Of a stretch of 64,000 bases of DNA, positions 1-21,200 are shown one piece after another. The number at the start of each line of letters is the position of its first letter. Positions within the stretch are counted from its first letter, which is position 1. Below the pieces are notes generated by a model. It was given only the letters and a program-made list of their open reading frames with translations. It did no database searches and was not told where the DNA came from. The DNA comes from Paraspadella gotoi (Eukaryota; Animalia; Chaetognatha): positions 13,780,414 to 13,844,413 of the forward strand of contig CM119263.1 in NCBI GenBank assembly GCA_051294375.1. The letters run 5' to 3'. The position numbers and the translations under genes are program-made.

Positions 1-1283
1 TTAGTTTATTAGTTAGTTTATTAGTTAGTTTGTTAGTTAAATTATTAGTTAGTTCATTCGTCGGGGCGTAACTGTTGCATTCACCATCGAAGGAGAAAAG
101 AAAAAAAAATCGAGGAAAATCTAAATTTGATGAAATCTCGATCCCACGAAAAAAATGGGGAAAAAATCGACGGGGTTAATGTGAGGGGAAATGGAGGTCG
201 AAATGGTGGAAAGTGGGTGAGGTGGAGGAGTTGAGGGGGGAAAAGGGGGGAAAGGGGAAACATTAAAGGGAAATGTGGTTGCTATTCCGTTGGCGACAGT
301 CTTGTTTTTTTATGCCTGTGATAAATATTGAAGAGAGATGATCATCGTCACGATACCGGTGATTGTGATAGCGACATCAATTTTACACTTGCAGTTTCTT
401 AAAAGCGTAAAAATTCCCGTCGGTCGGAGTATCTCTTCTTCGTAGTAAAATCGGAAACGCGACGAGACCAGAGCCACGCCCACGACACGACTCGTTACGG
501 GTCAAAAGACGCGACATCGTCGATGATGGCGAGACCGTCACGGTTTTTGTGACGTCACACACCTCACCCTCCCCGATTAGCCCTAAGTCAAGGGTCGAAT
601 AATAAATATGAAAATTCTATTTATAACATGAGGCGGACGACAAGGATTCTGAAGAGTGAAGTCTGTCCTTGTTTCTCTCTCTTCAGTCTCTCTCNNNNNN
701 NNNNNNNNNNTTTTTTAATGCTTTACATTTTACAAGCTTAATTCTTTTTTTGATAAGCTCATCTAATATTACATTAAAAATCGAAATTCTATCCTCAGGA
801 AAAAAAATAAGAGGAGGAAAAAAAACTCTTCATGAGGAAACAAAAAAATCTCCAATCTGCCTCATTTGTTTCCTGAATTTTTATTATCCACCTCTTTTAT
901 TTGTATTTTTATTATCCGTTTTTTTTTGTGGTTTTTTTTTACATTTTCCCGTCCAACCTTTCCCCATTCTTCTAAAAAGGTTAAAGTTTCAATAAAAACA
1001 CCATTACTACATCGGTCGCATAAAACAATTCAATATGACTTTTAGCTGTAAAACTTAGTCAGTCCAAAATATAAAAAATATATTAAAAAGACTCAAATTT
1101 TTTTTCGTTGAGTTTTTTTTTTTTCATTTTGGAATGTGATGAATCGAAAGCCGAAAGGGAGATGAAGACGACGGTTTATAATCGTCACTGAGATGCTAAA
1201 CCAATAAAATTCCAAGTTCCAACGCCCGGAGGTTCGAATTATCTCTACTTCACTCTTTTCTTACTGACTTTCTGACGAGAGAG

Positions 1284-1541
1284 NNNNNNNNNNNNNNNNN
1301 NNNNNNNNNNNNNNNNNNNNNNNNNNNNNNNNNNNNNNNNNNNNNNNNNNNNNNNNNNNNNNNNNNNNNNNNNNNNNNNNNNNNNNNNNNNNNNNNNNNN
1401 NNNNNNNNNNNNNNNNNNNNNNNNNNNNNNNNNNNNNNNNNNNNNNNNNNNNNNNNNNNNNNNNNNNNNNNNNNNNNNNNNNNNNNNNNNNNNNNNNNNN
1501 NNNNNNNNNNNNNNNNNNNNNNNNNNNNNNNNNNNNNNNNN
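1284..1541. other. Assembly gap (others at 695-710, 3885-4070, 44808-44832, 51078-51136)
   Basis: N runs, mostly abutting simple repeats. Confidence 0.99.
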
Positions 1542-1543
1542 AC

Positions 1544-1575
<32 letters not shown>

Positions 1576-3214
1576 TGACGCCGAAAACGACGTCGAGGAG
1601 GAGGAGAACGTGTCGAAGCTGACTCGGTGTGAAAATTCGTGAATCACCCCGAATCGCGTGAACTCGAAAAGAATCTCTCTCACCCTCAAAAATTTGGGAA
1701 AACCGCAAAATCGATTTTTAGTAATAAAAAAAGTTCAAGGATAAAATAATGTCTCGACGTGATGTCAAGGAAATGTAAACAGATATAAGCGAAATTTTTC
1801 CTGTCGAGTGTCTTGCAACTAAACGGTTTATCTTGCTGCCAAAATAAAAATTCAATTGGTTAATATTTAGTAATATTTACTTCGATCAATTTCAGTTTTC
1901 AGAGTAATATTATGACCCAATATAGTACAGGGACGTATCAGCTGAAATCGGTTTGAGAAGTGATGGAAAAATGTGAGACTCGCCGATTTCCCATTCGGAT
2001 TTCCTCCAACGGTTAAGTGATTGATCAAGTAACGTCGCGGATCACGTGACAACATCGGCGAAAACCGTAATCGTCCACGGACGAGAAAGTGAGAATTCCG
2101 CGCGACGGCGCCACCATTAAGCGTCGATTGCCCGCTCGACGAGACGCCATACCGACGAAAGAGGCGACCGACATTTCGGGCGCCAGATGGGAAAGACGCT
2201 CTCCACGCGATAAAAGATTCCGGGAACGAGCGTCGAGGAAGGGAAGCGGAATGAAGCGCTTAATTATGCGAGGAGAGAAAACGCGAGCGATAAGCAACTG
2301 TGAAAAACGGAACCGGAGTTTGTCGGGTTCGCTGGGCGAGAAAAAGCACGTAGTTATCGATGAGGGCGGGATGATGGTCTTATTTGAAGAGTATTTTGAT
2401 CTATTTCAGAGTAGAGGCCGAGGAAAAATCCATCGTACATTGATAAATTTAATAAGATTAAAAAACAGCCACGTCTAATAAAAAATTAACGTTATAAGGG
2501 CATCCAGTATGTGTTAAAAAGGAAAACTAATAATTAGAAAAGACTTTGGACTTGGCGAGAGCACCCTAGCGGGACGGATCGATGATGAATCGACTTCTTT
2601 ATTCGAAGGATCTGAACGTTGGGAGAAATCTCAACGCATGGGTGGCGATTTCTGAGACTTCAAAGGCGCGTTTGACTTTCTGTGGGGTCGTCGACTTTTG
2701 GGTTTTTCATATAACATTTTTTGAAATATTTTCAAAAAAATGTTATTTGAAGTTTCTGAACGATAAAAAAAAAATATATATATATTAATATACTGAAATA
2801 AAATTTATCCTCAAAATAAAACAAAAAGGAGAAAAATAAAGAAATAATAAAATTATAAATAAGAGGAAAAAAGGAAAAGAAATGAAAGAAAAAAGCTTAA
2901 ATATTCGAAAAGATGTGAAAGGATGTGAAAAAAAGAAGCGAAAAACGCCAGGAACTTTCTTCTTTGATTAGCTCTATGAAATTGATATGAGATCCTCCCG
3001 GGGATTTTCGACTTCTTTTTTCGATAGATGAGAAAGAGATGGCTGTGGGGGAAAAAAGAGAAGAGAAGAGAGAGAGAAGAGAGAAGGAGAGAGAGAGAGA
3101 AAGAGAGAAGTGAGAGAGAGAGAGAGAGAGAGGTAGTTTTAATCCATATTTTCATTCTTTGTCTCTCTCTCTCTCTCCCTCTACTCTCCCCCTCTCTCTC
3201 TCTCTCTCTCTCTC

Positions 3215-3255
<41 letters not shown>

Positions 3256-4270
3256 TCTCATATACTCTTCCTCTCTCTCTCTCTCTTCCCTTCCTCCCCC
3301 TCTCTCTCTCCTCGCAAGTGTCGGGGTTAGTTTGGCAGAGTCGAGGAGATTTTGGCGGGAGAAGGAGACGACCGATCGATCCATCATTTCCTCGCTCCTC
3401 GTTCGAGTGGACTCGAATCCTTGGGGCAAAAATTAACAAGAAAAAAAGAAATAAAAAAAACTCGGAGGGGAAAAAATAACAAATGGGCGCCATTACGGTT
3501 TCGTAAACAAAAGCTCAATCTCCGTCCAATTTGGTCTCGCGCTTTCTCGCGATCATATCGAAAAAAGAGTCTAATAATAAAAGAAGCGCGAAGGATTTTT
3601 TGAAAGATTCCCGCCAAACTCAATACGCCCAGCCACCCTGCTCCACCAAAGCCGAGCCTGAAAACGACCCCGTCAACTTTCCTCAGACTCTTCCTGCAAC
3701 TTTTCCCCGATAATTAACTCGGAAAGATTAGTTTTTCGTTTGTTTTTTCTTCTTTTTTTTTTCATTTCACCGAGAAAAAAAATTGATGGGGCGAAATGAG
3801 AGAGCCCGGCATGCACCGAGATAATGGGTACCGCTCACTATGAGAGGTTACAGGTCAATCATCTTGTGCTTTAATCTCTTGAGANNNNNNNNNNNNNNNN
3901 NNNNNNNNNNNNNNNNNNNNNNNNNNNNNNNNNNNNNNNNNNNNNNNNNNNNNNNNNNNNNNNNNNNNNNNNNNNNNNNNNNNNNNNNNNNNNNNNNNNN
4001 NNNNNNNNNNNNNNNNNNNNNNNNNNNNNNNNNNNNNNNNNNNNNNNNNNNNNNNNNNNNNNNNNNNNNNATAAAAAAATCGTGATTTTGTATTTATATA
4101 TAAATTCTATTGTATAAAATTTTCTGAAGAATCGAGATAAATTGCGATAAAAATTTCGATTGAAGCGCCGAGAAACTTGCCGCCGATTTCGGTTCGGCTT
4201 TCGTTTCCAGTTTTAAATCGAATTTAACTTTAAAAAAGAAAAAAATTTTCGGCGTTTTTAATCAAACATC

Positions 4271-4391
<121 letters not shown>

Positions 4392-5016
4392 AGTCTGTCT
4401 GTCCATCTGTCTCCCCCATCTCGCATTGGGTCGAACTGATTTCAAAGTCAGAGACAGAGAGCCCCTCCAAATCGTTGTATAACATTCAAAGTCTCTGGCC
4501 TTTGATCGCACCTAAGAGGCGAAGAGTCGGTTGGGGGGGGGAGTGGAAAATGGGTGAATGAAAGACTTCATGAGATGAATTCGCGGGTAACTGACTATTT
4601 ATTTCAGTATTTATTATTTAAGTAGATTTGGTAATACAGGCGAGAATATTTTATTTGCGTCAGTTACCCTCTCCAGTTTCAAACCCCCAGTTCGGGTATT
4701 CGGGAGCGACCAGACTTAAATAGGGTGGCCTATGCGTCCAATTCATTCCGTGAAGTTTGGCAAGATAACAATAGAAAAGTTAATCACCGTTTGTAAATCA
4801 TGATGAAATTATAGGAGAGAAAGGCGATTAATTAATTAGTGAATAAATTAGAAAGAGTTTTTGAAGAAGACATGAAACAAAAAAAAGGAGGGAAGAGGAA
4901 AATCTTTTTTCGAAAACATCGAAGAAATCGTCCACACCATCAGTTTTAAAAAAAGTGGATAAATGCGTGGGCGTCTATGCAAATTCACGACACTCTCGAA
5001 TGCCTTCCTTTCTCTG

Positions 5017-5051
<35 letters not shown>

Positions 5052-5133
5052 TCGTCGTCGTCGTCTCACTGCCTCCCACGCATGATTACGACTGGAAGAC
5101 TACGTTTTTCCCAGTTGTCGTCATGAGCGCATA

Positions 5134-5172
<39 letters not shown>

Positions 5173-7515
5173 TTTTTCTCCGCAAGGGAACCATAGAAAG
5201 ATTTATGCCGTTTCGTCTCAACAGATTCGTCAAGGTCGCTGTCCTCGCGGTTGTCGTCGTCGTCGTTGTTGTTGTTCGAGGGTGCCCCAAAAAAAGCGCC
5301 GAGTCGGGCGGGAGGTGGAACCATTCCACCGACAGGCGAAAGCTCAAACGTCGTAATTGTCACAATCGATGAGACGGAAATTCCTTTTTATTTCGCTTCA
5401 AATGAAACTTAATCGAGCTCCAGAATTCTTACCATTTTTTAAAAAATCATTCAAATGGCGTGAAATGGTGCTGGGATTCAGAGGGACAAGCCCAGTTTTG
5501 CACAAACGAAAGTCGCGAAAATGGTAAAAAAAAAAATCATTCCAATACGCGTCTATTCATACAGACCCACCCCTACTCGTACAACATCTGAAACATGTCG
5601 CCAACTGGGTTTTTCATCCCTTTATCTCTCACTCGGCGCTCTCTCATCCTCCCAGGTGAACGATTCACTCGAACCTCTTTCCCTCTCACGTCCCGACGCA
5701 GTCAACTCCTCCTTTCCGCTCGAAATCCTTTTCTCCACAAACGATCATTCTCTTCAACTGTCAAAGCTTTCCCTATCTTGTCGGCCCTGGCGGCGGCGGC
5801 GGCGGCGGCGGCGCGCGGTCGGCGCGGCGGCGGCGGCGGCGGCGACGGAACGGTTGTCGCCTCTGACAAGAAAACCCAAGAGCGAGTGCGATCGCATATC
5901 CGTGAAGCATCTTATCCCGGATGTCACTTGAAGACTTAAGATAATGATTATTAATTTAAACGCAGTTAATAGCGTCAGACGTTTTTTTATTCTTCATTTT
6001 GTGCGTTGATTTTTATCTAGTGTTTTCTTTAATTAGCCGTAATTTCATGATACGAATAAATAACTAATCATTAAATGAATGTGAAAGTCTCGACGATTTA
6101 ATGATCATCACAACTGTTGTAATCGTTTCAGACACCGTGTAAACCTTACAATGAAAATGATGAAGCTTGACGGACAACTGAAATGACTCAAAAATATAAA
6201 CAAACCAACGCAGGAGAAAGATCTATGAAAAATACGTACGTACAAACAAAACATAAACGTTCTTTCTGGATTTAAGGTCGCTTCCGGTTTCACTTCAAAA
6301 AATCGGGAGAAAGAAAATAAACCGAAAAGACGCGAAAAAGAAAAGGGAAATTTAAGGGACTGACCTCAGAAACGATGACGACGAAAAAAGAAAAAAAATG
6401 ACGATGGCTGAAAAAAGAAAAAAACGGAAGCGAAGAACTCCAAGAAAAACAAACAAACAAAGAAAGTGGCGACGACGAGTTCCTTGTCCGAAAACAGGTG
6501 GGAGCGTGGCACTCCCTCGACTCTGGCTCTCGTTTCTAATGAAAGTATTCACTCCATTTTATTCGGAAATGAAAAAAAATTTACACGTGGCCTAACCAGT
6601 AAGGTTTAGTACGAAAAAAAAATCCCTGCTTTAGTTCTTTTCACGCACCTGAGCATTACGCGTAAAATATTTTCTTACCCTAAAAGATAAGTTTCCAACG
6701 ATTTCACATCTGGAAATCTCATTTCAAATTTGACGAAACGATCCCACCGGAATTAGCAACATCCAAAAAAAGGAAAACGCGACCCCTGTGCGTCGTCGTC
6801 AGTTTTGGACGCCTCTTTAACAAAAGACGAGGAGGAAGCGACAAATTTTTGTCGCGGGCAAAAAATTATCCCACCTTTTTTTTTTTATCTTCGTCTAAGT
6901 TTGGATTTAGTTTTTCGTTCGAGGTTTGCCGAAGGAGAGAGCTGAACCATTTTCACCTTTCGATAAACAAAACTTTACAGTTGTTTATTGAATTTATTGA
7001 AAATTAACAATAATAATCTTGAAAATATTTTGCGTTGTTGTGTTGAAAGGTAATTTTTTTTCAAACTTATTTTACGTATTTTTCTCGCAGCTACGGTATG
7101 TCGTCTTCAACAGTTTCGTTTTCTAACGACGAAAAACGCCCTCGGTCGAGAAGTTTTTTCTTCATTCTTTTGTGACTTCACTTTGAATCTCATAACAAAC
7201 AAAGGAACTAAAAAAAGTCATCCTCAGGCAAAGGCTAACCTTTGTAAAGAAAACATACTTAAAAGGCCTACATTTTTCGGCTATCGCAGGAAAAATACTA
7301 AATACGAACAAAATTTACTATGTATTAAATACCGTTATTATGAAATGCCATGCCTTGCCATGCCTTTACACATTCCTTTCCATCTTAAGTTTTTTTGTCA
7401 AGTTTAGTTCCTCTGGTTTCTGCATCTTGCAACTGTTGCCTCGTCCCGAATTCACGTCATCTTTGTCCCGCTTTAGAATTTCAGATCCAGTGGGATGATA
7501 AGAAGAGAGAGAGAG

Positions 7516-7578
<63 letters not shown>

Positions 7579-8340
7579 ATGGAATCGGATTCTGTCTGCG
7601 TCCTGACAACACGTTTTCCCGTTTCGAACCAAACATTACCCGGTCACGTAACCTCAAAAACAACTTTTGGCGTTACGTCATTTGACGCCAGCAACGTGAA
7701 CCGGATGACGTCTCCGCCGCTGGAGCGCTGACCGGAAGTAACGGTTGAAAGAGCGGGGAGGGGATCGGAGAGTGAAATGAGAACTGGGAATGCCAGGTTG
7801 GGATGTTATAAGTCATAAGTTATAAGTGGTCTGAGGGGCGGAAAATATATAAACTGTAAAGAAATGGTTGAGACAAAAGCGTGAGGAGAAGATTTAAATT
7901 GAAATAAAAAAGAAAAGAAATAAATAAAGAGGGAGGTCTTTGCGGAGCAAAGGAATCCGCTTCGGGTTATAGCCTTATGGGGAGGGCCTTCTTTTAAAAG
8001 CTCCGATCGCCCGGGCGGCTCTGGGCGCGAAGGAAGGGCGAGGGGAGCTTGGGGGGGGGGAAGTTCACATTAGGCCGAAACACTCGAAGAGTCTCTACGG
8101 TCGTTTGTTCATCGAAATTCTTTTCTTCGCACTAAGCGGCTTCCTTCCTCAGTCGGTTTGGTTCTCCGCATTTGGCTTTCAGCTTTCCTCTTATCTCTTT
8201 TGATTTTATCTTCTCTCTTTCTTGCTTGACATTCTGGATTTAGCTTTTCAAAGTCTTCAGCTTTTAGGCATTTGTCGGTTTGTTTTGTTTATTTGAGACT
8301 TTGTGGTCAAGGAGGATCGAAACAGCAGCTCGTTGTATCT

Positions 8341-8461
<121 letters not shown>

Positions 8462-8654
8462 GTCCAGCGCGTTTTCTCCCTCTATGCCCAGGATCTCCTT
8501 TCTCGCTTCCCGGAAGAGGAGCGTCGCTTTTGGGTGGAACTCTAATCATGATGAATCACCGCCGACCACTCAGTCAACGGAATCTACTTTCCCGTCGGAC
8601 GAACGAAACGAGGCGACGACGAACGATAGAACCGAATTACGAACGTGCGAAACA

Positions 8655-8760
8655 ACGAACGAACGAACGAACGAACGAACGAACGAACGAACGAACGAAC
8701 GAACGAATGAATAAATGAATGAATGAATGAATGAATGAATGAATGAATGAATGAATGAAC
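8655..8760. repeat. Compound (GAAC)n-(GAAT)n microsatellite
   Basis: Directly visible switch from GAAC to GAAT units. Confidence 0.95.
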
Positions 8761-9104
8761 AAACGTTTGAAAGATCGACCGAAAGATGGAAACAACGAAA
8801 ATAATCGTTAATAATAGTAAATAAAATTAAATTTATAATAGTTATAATAGTCAATATCGTTAACAGTTTACATAATAATTTTCCGTTAATGTTTACACGT
8901 TTACAAGCGTCATAATTCGAGCTAGTTCTCCCCTCCCGGCGCATGGCGTCAATTGCTCAAGAGATCCAAAATAAATGAGAGGATTACTTTGAAACTCATC
9001 CTCGCCGATGATGCCAAGGGCGGTCTTTATGCACGATCGCTGACAAAGTAATGAATCACTGGCGACACTTGGCACTTTAACTAAAAGGCGTAACTAAGTC
9101 TCTC

Positions 9105-9148
<44 letters not shown>

Positions 9149-9326
9149 CTCTTCTCCTCTTCTCTCTCTCTCTCTCTCTCTTTCAATCTTTCCTTCCGCA
9201 TCAATTCTTTATTCTCTCCTCTCTTCTCTCTTCCTTTTCTCGATGTCTTCAGAATTTCATATTATTTCGCTCTTTCTCTTCGTATCACAGCCCCGATTAT
9301 TCATAGTATTCACTTCCCCCCAACAG

Positions 9327-18014
<8,688 letters not shown>

Positions 18015-18266
18015 AAACAGTCCCTACTCATCCCCTCAATTCCTTTCTTTAATCTTTATCATGCTTTCCCTCTTTAATCTACATGGGCATCCTGCGAACG
18101 AAAAATTTGTATGGCAAGACAATCAAAATACAATAAAGACGGTAGTTCAAAAAACTGTGATTTTACTTTTCCTAACACGAAAAAATCAATGTTTTTTTAT
18201 TTTCGCATCTTTTTTATTTTAAAATATAAACAATTAAATTAGTATCATTATGAAATTTTTATATTT

Positions 18267-21200
18267 TTATTCTTGAACACTACCCAATCGCCGTTTGCAC
18301 GCATCGAAAGCGTTCCAGGCGTCGCGATCTTCTGCGGCGACGCACTTCTCCAGCATTTCGTCGACGAAAGCTGCGATGAGCTTCTTCTCCTCCGCGGTCT
18401 CTGTTTCGTCCACGAGCCTTTCCGCCATCAGCGCTGCCAGCGTCAGGGAGACGTCAGCGTCGTCGCGCGTACAAAACCCTCGCGCCAAACACCGCGCCAA
18501 GGCTAAAAACTCGAGCGGTTCGCCGCCGGTCACGCGGACTGTACGCGGTCGCCACTTGAGAAGGTGACGCAGTAGTTTGCATGAAACGCGGAGGAGGGCG
18601 CGCCGGGACGGAGACAATACGTGATCGTCGTCGTCGGCAGAGTCGGTTGTAGAAGGCAGAACGGATCGAATGGTGGCCATTACTTGTCTTGGAAGCGAGT
18701 CGCTTGGATCGCCTTCTGAAGTTTTTGAAACATACTATTGTAAACTCCTACTTTTCTCAAAATATTTTTTTTTTTTCATTCGCGGAGGGGAACCCCGGGA
18801 ACGGCATACAGGTCAATTTCCAAGTCATGTCACAAAAAAATCCACTTTTGTCAATCAATACCGTATCAATTGATCAATCAATCAATAAAGCAATCAATTA
18901 CATATCAACCCATAATCAACCATTAAAATTTAATTCAATCAATTATCAAGCTCCCCTTAGATAATAAATAAATCAATCAATAAATCAACCACTTAATCAT
19001 CCCATACATTCAATATCCTCAATCCTAATCAATCATTCAATCCTACGATCGTTCGATCACCCAAAACCAATCAATCGAACCTCCACGTCGAACGAACCCA
19101 TCCACCTCTTCCTCGTTCTCCTTCTCTTCAATGATTAAGAGTTCGATGCACTGAAGGGAAGCGAGGACAACGTCAGCAGAATCGATGCTGGCGTCGGAGA
19201 TGACGGCCATCTTCATTAAAGCGGATCGAAGACGCGAGTGGCGCAACATCGAGACTCGGATCTAAAATAAGGGGAAAAAAATATATCGAGTCCGTTATTT
19301 CGCTTTTCATGGCGTTCGTAATCTCGCCTCAGGCACGAAGGCGACTTCCAACAGCAAAGCGGCGATGGTCTTGTAATTATCTTCGGTCAGTTGCGGTCCG
19401 GCGTCCAATGCGGCGTCGGCAAAAGCCGTCAAACCTTCCGTCGAGGCGACCCGCTTTTTGTGGTCGTGCGTGTCGGACGCCAGGTAAGAAAGCGTCGTCA
19501 GGGCGTCGGTCAGCGTCTTCGATGAAGTCGTCCGAGAGGACACGAGTTTCAACAACGCCTCAATTCCGTTAGCGTCGGCGACAGAGTTCTAACGAGATAA
19601 AAAAAAAAAGTTGTGTACAAAGCATTTTTTTTTTATTTACGCAAATATGTTGAACCGACCTGAAGAGTTTGTAGGGTAACCAGATTGGCGAGTGTTTCGA
19701 CGCCGTACTCGACCGTCTCCGCGTCGTCGAAACTCAAAAGATCGACAATGGCGGCCATGCCCTCTCGCTCGGTGGCTGAAAAAAGAGGGTGGCCTTGTAA
19801 ATCAACGTTAACCATACGTAAACAATCAAATCTATCGAAAATAACCTATGAGATATTTGTTGTCGTCGCTAAACGCTGCTAAAGTGGCGAGTTCGAAAGC
19901 GGCAACCCTCTTTTCCTTCTTCCTACCGATTCGCGCCACTTTCAACACCTTCAGAATGTCGCGCTCCTGACCCAGTTTAGCTTCGAGCAGATCGCCAACC
20001 TAGTATGCAATATTGTATATGTAAGCCAAAAGTTAACTCCCAAATTACCACATTCTAATTTTCATTTTTAATATCTTATTTTGTTATATCTTTGCTTCGA
20101 TAATGACATCGCAACAAACCTCGACATCGATTGTGTAAACGAGAAGGGCAGCAAAAGTGCCAGTGACAATCAGCAATACAGCGTAGGCTGAATTAGATTG
20201 AAGTATAATTATTTCTCATCACGAAGTATTCGTAAAACGTAACATTGACGAAACAAAAATAAAGTTTTACCAGGAAAGTAAAAGACGGAAAATCGAACGG
20301 TTGCGGAGCAGACGCCGTCTGAGCCACAATTTGTCGACAACAGAATGAAGTTAAGCGTCGACAAAACCAAAGACGCGGCAAAGTTGAGTATCGTAAAGAT
20401 CAGCACTCTGCAGGGAATATTTAACAATAAACTTTGAAAAAACAAAAAAAATCATTTTCAGATTTATGAAACTTAACAAATGGAAATTGAAATAAGTAAT
20501 AATCATTTGACTAATAATCAAGTGTTACCCACATGATTAAAAAGAATTTTCTCCTGCCAGGGGTTGTCCCGAGTCGACCTCCCTGCACGAAACCGCTTAT
20601 TCGAGTAAAATATGGGCAGTACTTGAGGGCAAAAATGGCGAGAACTGTGGCCCAAACCCCAGAATACCAATGACTGGAGAGGAAACCGCCCAGACTGGCG
20701 AACCAGTGGAAGTACAAGCAAACATTTAAGTCTGGAAAAAGAAATCTATGACTTTAATTTTTTTTTTCTGTTTTTTTCTGTTTGAACGCCAGGCTTTCAA
20801 GGATGAACCAACCAGTAAAGAGTCTTTCTCTTCGGTCGAATATTTTGATTTCGCGGTTCAACGTCTTGTCTACTTCGGACTGAAAGGCGCCGCTGAGGAC
20901 CGAGTCGTCGAGAGAGGACACCGTGGATTCCTCTCGAATTTCAAGCGTTTCTGATCTTTTATGAGGGCGCAAGAATACAGAAATTCAGATAGAGGATTTT
21001 TAAAGTTAAATTAAAGATAGATAATAATACTGAGAGAAAAATGCAAAGTATAGTAATCTCACCGGCAGAATTGCTATATTGATGAAAAAAAATAGGTTAA
21101 AAATCGTCAAAATTATAATTCAAAAAAAATTTTATTTAAAATTAAAAACTATAAATTCTTCGAATACAATTTTTTTAAATGAAAAGTTTTTATTCGTTAA

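Noticed and set aside
5521-5939. GC-rich ORFs with poly-Ala/Gly/Arg
   Set aside because: Driven by (GCG)n repeats, with no recognisable domain or exon chain.
7640-7745. Cluster of TGACGT and CCGGAAGT motifs as a promoter
   Set aside because: Short motifs in a CpG-rich genome with no transcript start evidence.
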